A DNA stretch of 63,780 nucleotides, counting the filler, from Reticulomyxa filosa (lineage: Eukaryota > Protista > Foraminifera), in the NCBI GenBank assembly GCA_000512085.1. It is 20 parts of 20 records of this genome, joined end to end, with 100 filler letters (N's around TTAATTAATTAA, not from the genome) between each part and the next. Parts side by side here need not be neighbours in the genome. Positions count along the whole stretch, not along the records: positions 11,931 to 21,682 come from ASPP01018830.1; positions 21,783 to 23,544 come from ASPP01043259.1; positions 23,645 to 25,889 come from ASPP01027554.1; 17 more parts are not named here. One strand, written 5' to 3'. The notes below the pieces were generated by a model. That model made no database searches. It was not told where the DNA came from and saw only the letters and a program-made list of their open reading frames with translations. The translations under genes and the position numbers were made by a program. Below, in pieces: positions 11,931 to 24,014 of the stretch (position 1 is the first letter of the stretch; every line of letters starts with the position of its first letter).

Positions 11931-13323
11931 AAAAAAACAAACATGTTCGAATATTTCAAAAAAAAGAAAAAAATATATTTTTTAACTATTCCGTAAACAG
12001 CAATTGACTGGGTATCAGAGACACTGAAATCAGTGACTTTTTTGCACGTTGTTTCAAATTTCCAAGCAGCGCAATATAAATCATCTACACAATACTCAGG
12101 GGCAACTGTTGTGGCAGGAATAGGGGCAGGTGTAGTTGCAGGTTTTTCACTGGTTTCAGGTTCTTCGGTGCTAGTTTCAGATTCTTCGGTAGTTTCAGGT
12201 CCTTCACTGGTTTCGTATTCACTGGTTTCGTATTCACTGGTTTCGTATTCACTAGTTTCATATTCACTAGTTTCATATTCACTAGTTTCATATTCACTGG
12301 TTTCATATTCACTAGTTTCATATTCACTGGTTTCATATTCACTGGTTTCATATTCACTGGTTTCATATTCAGTGGTTTCAACTTCGGTGGTCTCTGGTAC
12401 CTCAGTGGTCTGTAGCTCCTCGGTGGTCTCCGGTGCCTCAGTTGTGTCAATTCCAGTGATAATCAAATCGGTGGTAAATACATCGGTCGTCGCAATTAAT
12501 AAACGACGAGCCGAGGTTGTTGATGCTTCTGCTGATGCTGTGGAAGAAATCGCTTCTGTGGGAGAAATCGCTTCTGTGGAAGAAATCGCTTCAGTGGGGG
12601 AAACCACTTCGGTGGTAGCTCCTTCAGTAGTGGCTAAGGAAGTTGTTGTTGTTGGGTAATTTCTTGCATAAAGCTGAACCAAAGCTTGCTCATTATCGCA
12701 ATAAAATCTATTTTTTTTTAAAAAAACAACCACTTTTTTTGTCACACCTCTCTCCACCTCCCTTTTTTTTTTTTAAAGAAGGTTTTTTACTTGGTTGGCG
12801 CTGCATTAAAAATACAACCACCCAATCCGGCATAAACAGTTTGCGGATCTGCACAGGAACTATCAGGAGAAACTTCAACCTTGACGTAGTTGTCTTCTCC
12901 TTCGCACACAAAATATCCTCTCTCACCTTGAGCGCTCTCTCCTGTGCTCCATGATGCCTCTTCAACCCCAGTATTTGAGCAAGCTGGGTCAGAATATTGC
13001 TATTGTTGTATTATTTTTAAGTTATACGTACTTTGTAAAGAACCTCATTCACAAAAAAATATCTTAACAGTTTTGGTGACTTTCCAAGCGTCTCCATTTT
13101 TTGAACATGAATACTTGTACCATGAAAGAGTGGAAACCAAAGTCGTTGCCGTGCATTGGTTTATTGCATACGTGAAAAGTAACTTATCATTAAACCAGTC
13201 AATAACATAGTTATTGGTGCCGTCCACTGATAGCGGGGTAGTTCCAAAATAGGGGCACTGACTTTGACCCTTTGCAATTTGCGCGGCTAATACAAGAGCT
13301 AATGAGACTGCACTCAATAACAT
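11931..13323 (-). CDS. Secreted Cys-rich/mucin-like protein with (ETSEY)n repeat, at least 3 exons, 3' truncated
   Basis: Signal peptide MLLSAVSLALVLAAQIAKG from ATG 13323; Cys-containing exons (QCPYF...NQC...YSC; PACS...FVCEGEDNY...SSC...GGC...FYC); then a T/E/S-rich stalk, RRLL motif, tandem pentapeptide, and a return to Cys-rich sequence (YCVDDLYCAAW...TC). Confidence 0.8.
12203..12382 (-). repeat. Coding 15-bp tandem repeat (about 12 units) encoding ETSEY
   Basis: Unit TTCACTRGTTTCRTA on + strand; eleven near-identical units plus one variant, with differences at synonymous positions of the minus-strand frame. Confidence 0.95.
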
Positions 13324-14039
13324 TTTATTTTTTACTACACTAAACGAGAAAGAAAGACAAAACAAAGACAAACAAAGTTTAAAAAAAACCTTTGGTCAAA
13401 AAACCCTTTGACGCAGCTAAACTCGAAAACGTAACTTATGAGACAAAAGTATTTAAAACATGAACTCATTTCTTTTTGAACGTTTTATTATTTTATTCTT
13501 TTTTCCTTTGAAGGTATTATTACTATCTTAGAAAAATTTGTCAATAAATATAACCTATTTATTTAATAATATGCTATTGTAGATATCCACGTTTTAGTTG
13601 TGGATAAAACGCATATAACTTTTGCAACTGGTGTAAACTTAAAGACAATAAGCGCCACAGTACTAAAATTTAAAATTATTAAATTTATTGTTTAATTTAA
13701 CACTTATTTGCGTAACTGAGTTGTTTTTTTGCTAATAGAGTGATTCTTTGCTTAGCACAGAATAAAACATTAAAAAATTGTTGTGTATTGACAATCAACA
13801 ATAAGTATGGTAAAGCAACGTATCCGTTTGGGAGCAAGACTTCAAAAGAACGTGGAACATCTTTTTTTCTTAAACTTCTTACTCCTTCTCCGGCTGGCCT
13901 CCTTCGGTTATTTCTTATTTTGTTTTTGGTTTTATTATCTTCTTGTTTACTGAGATTTACTCAAAAGAGCAATTTTACATATTACGTTTCGGTAGCGCCT
14001 CACGTCCAGCAAGGGGGTAATATCTTGGTTTCAGACGTG

Positions 14040-15046
14040 ATGAATGACGAAGAAGAAAAATATGATCACATTCAAGAAAAACAAAACGTGTCCTTTGCTG
14101 AGCTTGAAAAATTTTTAGCAAATTGTGACTTGTCTTACCTCGCGAGACAATTTTCTAGACACGCAATTGGAATGCATGAGTTGGAAGAAATTGACTTGGA
14201 AGAGGCAAGCTATCGAAAATTCTGTGAAGAAATGGATATACACTCGCAAAGGGATCGCTGTCGTCTGAAAGCCAAACTAAAAGAGAGGCTCTGTCAGAAA
14301 AAAGACATTGTACGTCACCTGGAATTATCCTCGAGAATCGTTACAATAAATAACTCAGTCAAATATAAAAACTTAAAACGACTCGATGATCAGGGGAAAA
14401 TTCCAAAAATTCGCTTGATCGTAATTGGAGACTCAAGTGTAGGGAAGTCGTCTTTTATCACTAGAATTTGCCAGAATCGCTTTGTTGATGTCTTACAATC
14501 CACAATCAATCTAGATTATGATTTTGTATTTGTTGGGCTCAGTTGACAACGCATACATTTATTTATTTATTTGTATACGTAGAAGCAAACGAAAGCTATG
14601 AAGCAGTTTTGGTGGAGCTTTGGGACACTCCTGGGAGAGGAAAATTTACTCCACTTTATAAAAATCAAGTTCAGCAAGCCAATGGCGCAATAATAATGTA
14701 TGATGTAAATAACCGAAAATCGCTGCAAAGATGTTCCGAATGTATCACAGAGATTGATGAAATCATGGATAACATTCAGATGGCAGTAGTTGCAAATAAA
14801 ATAGATATAAAACGACAAGAACATGTTACTTTCAACGAGGGATTAGACTTTGCAACTCAAAACAGAGCCAAATTTTATGAGATTTCATGTGCCACTAGCA
14901 AAAATGTATCTGCAAGTTTTACCGATTTTGTAGAACTCATTTATAGAAATGTTCGACCAATTCCTAGAATTGCCAATGGAGATATTGGTAATGTCAACAT
15001 CGACAGATCTGTAAATGAACCAGCTAAGAGTTCATGTTGTCAGTAG
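14040..15046 (+). CDS. SAM-domain / Rab-family small GTPase fusion
   Basis: N-terminal SAM-like helices (ELEKFLANCDLSYLARQFSRHAIGMHELEEID...MDIHSQRDRCRLKAKL). G1 GDSSVGKS, G2 STI, G3 WDTPGR, G4 NKID, G5 EISCA, C-terminal SSCCQ* prenylation signal. One short intron near 14526-14582; its exact donor is ambiguous. Confidence 0.85.
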
Positions 15047-15548
15047 TTGATGAAATAAATTAATGCTCACAATTGTTTTATTTTTATTTTTATTATTTGT
15101 GGCCTTCTAAGTTTGAGCAAGTTGCAATGTTTTTTAGTTATTGACTTTGTAGTGGCACTACTGTTGACAGTGCAAAAATAGTTTGTGGAGCCATGTTGGC
15201 TCCATCATTTTAATTTTAGTGATTAAAAAAACCTGTCATGAGAAATAATTCTCACATACATTATTTGTTTCTTCAAATTAAAAAACTAGTATTTCATGAC
15301 AAAAAAATTGTTAAATCTGTGCACACATGCAGCAAAAAAAATAATGGCAGTTACAACAAATAATTAAAACTTGAAAAATCTTTATTTGCAATAGTTAGAA
15401 GATAGAGCAACACAAAAAACGTTAAAATGGACATCAAATACAAAATACTAATGTGTGAGAGAAAATAAATGCAATAGTCTCGGTCCTTCTTCTCTTGTGT
15501 TACGTGGATTAAATATCAGGACGAATCCAATAAAAACTTATATTTTTT

Positions 15549-16588
15549 TTATTGGCCAGTTTTGCAGCATTGAGCGCAGCGAATGTCATAACCAAAGAGG
15601 TGAAGAAGAGTATGATTGAAGCCCGTCTGAAAATAGAGCAAGTCATCACTAGTGTATCCTCTACACCGATAGCAAGGATCACCATACGTTTGCAGTGCCT
15701 CAGTGCCATTGCGAAAAAATGTGGACACAGCTTGCCCTTTGGCTTTCTGCACCAAGTGTTGGGACAATACGTTTTGATCTAAAGTGCATCCGTTGTCCAT
15801 CAAAAATTCATGAAAATGAAACAACAAATACTCATATTTTAGAAATGTGATGCCAGTGTGACGCTGAAAAACACTTATATTTGAATATTGCAATAAATGG
15901 ACGTATGCGAGGTGCCACACATTCCAATACTCGACAAGTGACTGAAAAGTACAATGTTTATTTACAGAACCAATGTGACAAAAGGATTTATAAATTGAGA
16001 GTATCGGATATGCATTGGACAAGATTGCTGATACCACGTTGCATTGAGAAAGTGCAAGTTGTATTTTTCTTTGCAAATGGATTTAAACCATGTCAATGGG
16101 TCTTTGACAATTACAACTATGAGCTCTTTTGGGTATAACACATTTGGTTTCAGCACTTGTTGGATCGATCGCATGTTTATATCGTCCAACCATGTGTGCT
16201 TGCCAAACAATCGAGGAGAGGAACTATAGCTAATATTCCTGGAGCGACATTGCGCAAAGGAACATTTCTGGAACATTCCCCATACCCAATACGTTCCACT
16301 GTTGTATAAACCCGCAATGGCAATCGTAGCAAATTGATTGCAGGTCTGATTGTCAAATGTCGGCTCGTAACAAGGACAGAGCTGCAAGTCCGTTTGTATT
16401 GGGCCATAATATTGTGTCACTGCTTTTTCGCACGTGCTAATTTTCTGTGGTTGATTTTCAAATGATAGATTTGACAGTGTTGGAGTGAGATCTAGGAGTC
16501 CGACTAGAATAAAACACAGTGCTACACCAACTGACAGCCATATTCCACGTTGTCCAAACCAATCAGTCCATATTGACTTTATTTTCAT
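15549..16588 (-). CDS. Type II membrane sulfotransferase-like (P-loop fold) protein; one apparent frameshift
   Basis: N-terminal TM anchor (GIWLSVGVALCFILVGLL); 5'-PSB-like AGLYNSGT; GKH; 3'-PB-like IVVIVKDPLTWFKS; FQSLVEYWNVW; FLKYEYLL; LLHLFGY. ORFs 15962-16606 and 15549-16076 join if the A4 run at 15980-15983 is A5. Confidence 0.7.
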
Positions 16589-17981
16589 ACCTATCAATTT
16601 TCTCACCTTCGCTATGGCAGATTTTTAAGTTATTTCACCCCCTCTGTCATTAAGATATACAATCCATCGTAAAAAAACTCAAGAAAATTAAAATTTTTCC
16701 GTGAAACAACACTCACAAAGTTTTTAAAATAGTGTATACATTGTCTTAAGCTTACAAAAAAGAATTAAAAAGTGTAAAATGTATAGTTGGAACTCTTTAC
16801 GAATTATATTGTAATTGAGAATTCATTAACAAAAAACTTACCAAAACAATACGAATTACTCCTATTATAGATCACAGACAATAGTAAATTTATATCTTCA
16901 AACTACATCTTTGCTTGTCTCAAGAATGTTTTTATTAATAGAAGTAAAACAAAAAACTACATATCAACAAAGTTAGAGGTAAAAAAATATGGGCCATAAT
17001 TATTTTCATTTCTTGTGTCAAGATTTTGTTAGTATTTGGGCAATGCCTTATTAGTGTGTAGTTTGACTATAAGTATTCCGTCAATTGTAAATTATTTTTT
17101 AAAAAATAATGACCACTATTATTTCATATGCAAATATTTTGAAAAATTTTTATTTGATTAAATTTGTAACTTCTGAAACAAAAATTGTCCTTGTTATTAT
17201 GCTTTCAATCAAATAAACAAAAAACTGTACTCATCAATAATAAATCAAAAACGCGGTTATACAAATACATTATCAATGTTTATTATTGCTGCTCTTGTGT
17301 GGTAAGTTTTATTTAATGTTTTGTTGTAGTCTTTTAGTTGCCGCATATCTCACAAACCCAAAATACTTTTCATGTGCTGAGCATGTCAGATCTGCTTTAT
17401 GCATTCCTTTGCTGTCGATAGCATGTTTTATAATAAAATTTTGTAAGTTATTAAAACACTTTTAACGAAAATCAAACCTTTTTACGCTCAACAGAGCATT
17501 TTTTTTTCTTTATTGTACATGTATTTTTAAAAGTCTTTGTTCTATTATACTCTTTCAACCAACTCTTGCTTTTTTAAAATTTTACTCTTTTCAGCGCCTC
17601 AAAAAAGCATTGATTAATCAAAATAATATCAGGAAGTAGAAAAAAGTAGCGAGAGAACCCAACTATGTAAATCCCAAGAGACCACAATGCTTGAATGAAA
17701 TTCCAAAAAGGAAAGCAAGCAAAATAAAGAGTAAATCATTAATTCTTCACCAAAACATAACTCAACAAAACGAAGATTTTATTATAATGCATTTTCTGAT
17801 CAATTAAAGCGTGTTTATTGTTCAAAAAGGGATTTGAAATTAACAGATCTAACAAAGTTAGTGACGTTACTTGTTTGGACTGGTATTACTGCTTGGTAAA
17901 TCTATTTCATTTCGGTTTGTGTAAAAGGAAACAAAAAAGAACTGTGTCTGGCGATCAAAGAAACATGTTTTGTTGTAAGTA

Positions 17982-19282
17982 TTAAAACTGGACACTGGGA
18001 ACATTCGATGTTGGCAAAGTCTGCATAGTTGGCAAGCCTACGGTTTGTGCCATTGTGTCATAGCTGACACGAAACAGTTCAATGTAACGAGCGCCAATAA
18101 AGTTCTATTGCAGCAAATAATACTTTAGAGAAACAAATGTATGAAACACCAAAATTAAAAAGTAACTTTTTGTTTTGACATAGCCTTGGAACAATCATCA
18201 GGAGCATAAAATTCCACAAATGCCTCAGCACCATCTGCTTTGCGATGGATTCGGACAGGAGTAACTGCAGCTTCTTGGAAAAATTTGGTAATATCAGCTT
18301 CAGTGCAGGAATACGGCAAACCTCGCATTAAAAGACATGTGGAACTGGGGTCTTGCGAACTTGTGTCAAAATTTTTGAAAACATTTTTATCCAATTTGTG
18401 TCCCCTGAACCCAAATCCCAGCACTTTCAACATCTCGTCCGGCGCGCTGCGGAACAATTCAATGTAACGCCGTCCCATGTTTTGTCTATGTTTCCCCATA
18501 CCGTTCATCATGTCACCTTCCGACGCAAATTCGACAAATCCCTCTCCACTTGGACGACCTAAATCGTCTTTAACCAAGTGCACGGCAGCTTTTTGTGTAT
18601 TACCAATACCAACCAAACAATTTTTTTTTCAAAATAAAATAAGTTTAAAAAAGGGGCCAAAAACAAAAAAAACATACCAAGTTTCAATGGTAAAAAAAAT
18701 TTTTGACATCAGTTTCCGAAGCTTCATATGGCAGACCTCGCATGCGTACGATGTGTTGTGTCTTTGGCATGCGAATAGGATTCTTGATAATTCGACCAGC
18801 GGCGGCGTCAATGTCTTCACCTGTGGCGATGAAAATTTCTACGTATCTATGCCCCAAGTGGCGTCGGTTTTTCGCAAGTGCGTTATCAAAGTCAGTCTTC
18901 GATTGGAACTCTACCAAAGCTTCGCCTAGTTGGAATAACCGCCCCCAGCAAAATGTGACACAAAAACAAAACGTTTAACTAAAAAAAAATAGCATAATAA
19001 AAATAACAACAAAAAAACGCTTTCTCCGTCAATTTAAGCCTATCTTATGGCCTCTTTCCTACACCCCCCACCTGTCATCCCCGCCGTCTTTCCATCCCGC
19101 AAAAATACGAGTTGAACTTCAGTTATTTTTTCCTCCTTGAAAAATTCGCGGATTTCTTTTTCTCTGGCGCTCCACGGCAATCCACGAAGTCTGCATACAT
19201 GGCGGTCTTTCGTGTTTTTGTTTGATGTGGCTTGTTTACTGTCGCTTGATTCGATTTTTGATGAGTTTGCGTCAACGGACAT
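17982..19282 (-). CDS. hnRNP F/H / GRSF1-like protein with three quasi-RRMs, 4 exons
   Basis: Three copies of (L/M)RGLP(W/Y)...I..FF...EA.VEF...G.RY(V/I)E(I/L)F. ATG at 19282, stop TAA at 17982. Frameshift in the A8 run at 18692-18699 (NFFLPLK needs T9). Confidence 0.92.
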
Positions 19283-21782
19283 GGCCTCTTGCTTATCTAA
19301 AAAAAAACAACGTTGCATGATTTGAAAAGAAAAAAAAGCTTCCAGTTGACTGCGATTATTTGTTTGAGAAATCTTAATTCACATACTTTTTCTGTTCAAC
19401 ATTTTACGTGTGTATCAACAAAATCGGAAAAATATTCCCAACAAACGCTACTATTTTCCAAACCCCAACAAACAACCTTTTTTTCCCTCTGCGTTCCCCC
19501 TTTTAGTGCTGTTTCACATATTGTGTAAAGACTTTCAGGTAAAGTTATAAAATTACAGTTTCTAGCCACTTGACGACAAGCGAAATAAAGCAAATGAAAA
19601 TTATTTTGAATTTTGAATAGTAAAAAATAGAATTTATAAAGTATATAATATCAATAATTCTAATAATTATTATTATAAACATAAATAAGTAATGTGAATA
19701 TTGTTTGATTATATAACTGAATGCGTCAATGTCGATCTGGTGAATGATATACACTATATCATGTCGATTTATAGATAATCAAAAGTTACTTCAACTATTC
19801 GAATTTATCATAATTTAATTGAGCAAGCAATACAACAAAAAGAAAATGGAAAAGTGCTAATTTGTTTTACCCTTAATAGTAATAAACTAAATTAAACAAG
19901 CAACAGAACCAAGCAAATCAAATCAACAAAAGTGATTACAACAATTTAAATAAAAGACATTTCGATGATCAAAGTAAAAAATACAATAAAATTCTCTTTC
20001 TTTGAAGAAAAAAAATTTGAAAAACATAAAAACTGTTTATCATTGCAAACAATGAATAGCGAAGATTACATTAACTAAGTCTTCAGAAATACACATATAA
20101 AACAAATTACACGATAACTAATTTTTCTATTGGATAATGATATGTCCTTTCTGGATGATGTGTGCAAACTTGTAAAATAAGTTCTTATTAATCAGTAAAT
20201 AAATACCTTTTTTTTCAAGTTTTTTGCAATTCAATAATGACAAAATTTGAGTATATCTACTTTTGATGTTGTGCAGAAGTGATTTGCTTCATTTAGCAAC
20301 TAATACTTGTCGGACTAGTTTTTATTTCTTTCTTTTATTTAAGTTTTTTGCAAGTTTTGCATTTAAAATAAAGCCAAAACAAAGACCAAATAAAAATAAT
20401 GTGGGTTTTCTGCTGCTGAAAGAGGTGTGCAAACTGTAACACAAAAGGTTTTCGCTCTTTTGAGCAATTTAAAACAAAAGAGTATAAATTAAATAAAAGA
20501 GAAAACAAATAACACGATTCAACAAGTGAAAGAGGAAAGACAAGTCGTGAAAGTGAGTAGTGTGTTGTTAGAATAAAGGGTTCCAAAGTTCACTTGGTTT
20601 TTGCGAGAATTGCTTATTACGACATATCATGAGTACTACAATAAAATACAGTAATTATTTTCATGATGCTGTTTACCTTAATTATAGTATATCCCCTGTA
20701 GGAGAAGCTCCTAATATAGAGAGAATCGTTAAAGGGGCTGCTGAGCTCCCGGTGGGTTAAACTTTTCCTAACACTTTTCACTCACCAGCGTTTTCTTTTT
20801 TTAACCTGGTGTTTCGGTGTACTCATTTCCACACATTTGTTTTCCTTTCTTTATTTAATCTTTTTTCGTTGATACTTGCTTAAAAGAGCTAATTAACCTT
20901 TCGTATTACATTTAGTGTAATATTTCATCGGCAGCATACTCCCACAATACATATCCTTTGTATACGAGACCTAACTCCAAACTTTGCAATTGCACAAAAT
21001 CAACTTTGGATTAACGAATGTTAGAAGTAACACATAAACAAAACTTTTTTCCCCAAACTTAGCGAGTCAATCTTTTGAAAAGCTGTATACATCAGCTCCA
21101 AGTACATGTGCATAATTGTATGCAGATTAGTTATCTATGCAATCCAATTTTGCATTAAATTATATAGTACCAAAATATTCGAAACATCTAAATGTAAATG
21201 AGCACATGTGGACATTATTTGATAAAATCAGCTACAATATAGTGAGATACAACATGAACTCAAAATTTAAGCTGCTTATCCCAGATTCAAACGGTTTTTT
21301 TTAATCAATTTTGTTGTGGATTGTGGCTTAGTTGTGGTTCTATCACCCTTTTTTTTTTTTGTATCCACTTTCAACCATCGTGCAACAACACACAAATACT
21401 TTTACCATGTCTATACGCTGTGCGATTTTTTTTCCAGCTACCTTTTTCTTGCCCTTGCCTATTGGTTGAGAATTCAAGACTTTTTTTTTTTGCAAACTGA
21501 TTACTTTTGAGAAGCGGTAGTTCTACTTAGAATTGTTCCTTTTTGAATTTGCAAAACGTTGTGCAAGAAACTTGCATAAATTTCTCATATTCAACACGTG
21601 ATGGGTGTAATGTGTTAACAAAATACGATCATTAAAATCAAATTCTTTGCTTTGTCATGAACGTTAACATCAAAAAAATTTGNNNNNNNNNNNNNNNNNN
21701 NNNNNNNNNNNNNNNNNNNNNNNNNNTTAATTAATTAANNNNNNNNNNNNNNNNNNNNNNNNNNNNNNNNNNNNNNNNNNNN

Positions 21783-23544
21783 TTACTTGGACTGCAATCA
21801 TTTTTGATTACACTAAAAGTAATCGAATTGGCCAATTTTAAATCATTTACATTTGCTAATCTTCGACCGTGCACCACCACCACAATAAATGTCAATTGTC
21901 CATGTTGTATTTTCTCCGAATATATACTCTACTGTCATTGTTAACTGCGTTCCAACCGGATAATACGACGTCAGGCAACTTGTAATAAGCGCTCGATGAA
22001 CTACATCGAGTGGTGGAAAGAGCAGAAAATAAAAAAAGTCGAATCATAACTCAATGTAAATAAAACTTCCGTATTTGGTAAGCAAATTGAAAACTCGATT
22101 TCGTTTGAATCTGTTATTTTAAAATACGCAGAGGCTGCTGTTGCACTATCTGCAAATGACCCACTATATTTGTCACTATCTGGAACACGTATACGTAGTC
22201 ATAATAGGCGCTGGTGTTGGGGATGGAGTTGGTGCTGGTGTCGGTATTGGTGTTGTTGGAGCCGATGTTAGCGATGGGGTAGGTGGAGTGGTAGGTGTTT
22301 TAGTAGGTGCACTTGTAGGTGATTTCGAGGGTATTGTGGTAGGCATTGTTGGCTGCGTTGTAGGATAGTTGGTTGGTGCTGGAGTAGGACTAGGTGTATT
22401 GAATGCTAATTTGTCTTGTCTAGCTAATATAACACATGTTGTTATGCATCGATTGATATCCACTAACAAGTTGATGGAAGCGTCAATACCAGTTAATACA
22501 TTTTCAAAATCTTGTGTTATATCTTCTTCCTCTGCACTTGATGATATGATGAATCCACAATGGCACATTGAGATCGGGCATCAAATATTCTTTTTGTCAT
22601 TGCTATATCTTTAACGTACCATTTCAATATAACATCCATATACACAGTTACCCATTCCAGCAATTGCTTCTGCAAAATCGAGTCCATAATTTTGTAATGT
22701 CATTTCATTATTTAATACATATTGTGCCCAACCATCTACTGCTCGTTGATAATACGTACTATACCGAGTTGTAGATATCTCTAAAATTATTAGCCTTTAT
22801 ACATTTTAGAATTGCATCAGATTCACCATTTTTCGCATGTCGTTGCGCAATACGTACCCGGCAAAGTTCCAGTCTGCATTCTTCGCTGACGACGAAGATG
22901 ACGACGACGAAGACGTTGTTGTGCAGTATTCTTGCCATCTCTTATTTAATAATTTGTAACGATAAATAAGAGCTCAGTACATGATTTTATTGACTGTGAG
23001 TTCAAAATTAGTGTAGTATACGTGCCCGTCTATATTATCTATTGCTTGATAATTAATTATTCAATGGTTGTACTGTAAAGTCATTTATCAAAAAATAAAT
23101 ATACACTTTTGGATAAGTATTTGGTGGAAATTTCGTTGAAAAATCAAGCGTAATCTTATCATTCTGATTAAAACTGAATTGCATTTCATTTAGTTTTACT
23201 CCATCAGCATCATTTAAGTCACTAAATTTTGACTGTATTGATATATAATTCACGTTGTTCACTACTGAAGAATCCGGAGTAGAATAAAAGCCTCCAATCT
23301 TTTGTAACAAATAATATTGTTTTTACGCTTTTTTTTTTTTTACTTAACGTATACGTCTAATGTCACCGTATCAAAACTTGACCATGGCGGGGGGAAACAA
23401 GCAAATGTTTCATTAGAAATATAAACAGCAAACGTTGTCACACTGCTTTTTCCTGAACTGAACTTACATTGTACTTTCATTTGTGTCACCAATTTAGCTT
23501 CATTTGGTCGACTCAAAGAAAAGCAGTATGATTTTATGTAAATC
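21783..23544 (-). CDS. Internal fragment of an extracellular protein with an IPT/TIG-like segment and Pro/Thr stalk; several frameshifts (pseudogene or low-quality contig)
   Basis: CKFSSG...AVYISNETFACFPP (IPT/TIG-like); basic RLRRHLRRQRRMQ segment; TPSPTPAPT...PTPAP repeats at 22205-22400; frame breaks near 23056 and 22185. Confidence 0.55.
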
Positions 23545-24014
23545 NNNNNNNNNNNNNNNNNNNNNNNNNNNNNNNNNNNNNNNNNNNNTTAATTAATTAA
23601 NNNNNNNNNNNNNNNNNNNNNNNNNNNNNNNNNNNNNNNNNNNNCAAGAGAATAAGAGGGTTGGAAGAAAAGGTAAATGAGTAAGTTGTTGTAAAAAAAA
23701 GGGCAGGAACTTCCCTTTATATTGTTGGGGTCTTGTCCTACATGTATTAAATTAAAAAATTGCAATTTGATCTATACATCATGACCAGGTCTATGTTTCA
23801 ACTTAAGAAATTAAAACTATGTACTCGACAAAAAAAGCAAAAAATTTAATGAACAAATACTCAATAACAGAAATAGCCTGTTTTTTTTGTTGCTGCGAGT
23901 ACTTATTAAAAGTTGATATTTGAGGATAACCTTTTCACTAAAAAATGATTTGCTTAGAAATAAAACAATGGACTTGGCAGCACTGTTGTTCAATAAGAAA
24001 CACGAATCTAAAAC

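Noticed and set aside
12203-12382. Tandem repeat as a CRISPR array
   Set aside because: 15-bp head-to-tail units with no unique spacers, inside a eukaryotic coding exon; no cas genes.
12033-12659. Plus-strand 208-aa ORF (SLVSY)n and many other antisense ORFs (e.g. 2536-3174, 36540-37316, 63323-63769)
   Set aside because: Shadow ORFs of low-complexity genes on the opposite strand or in another frame.
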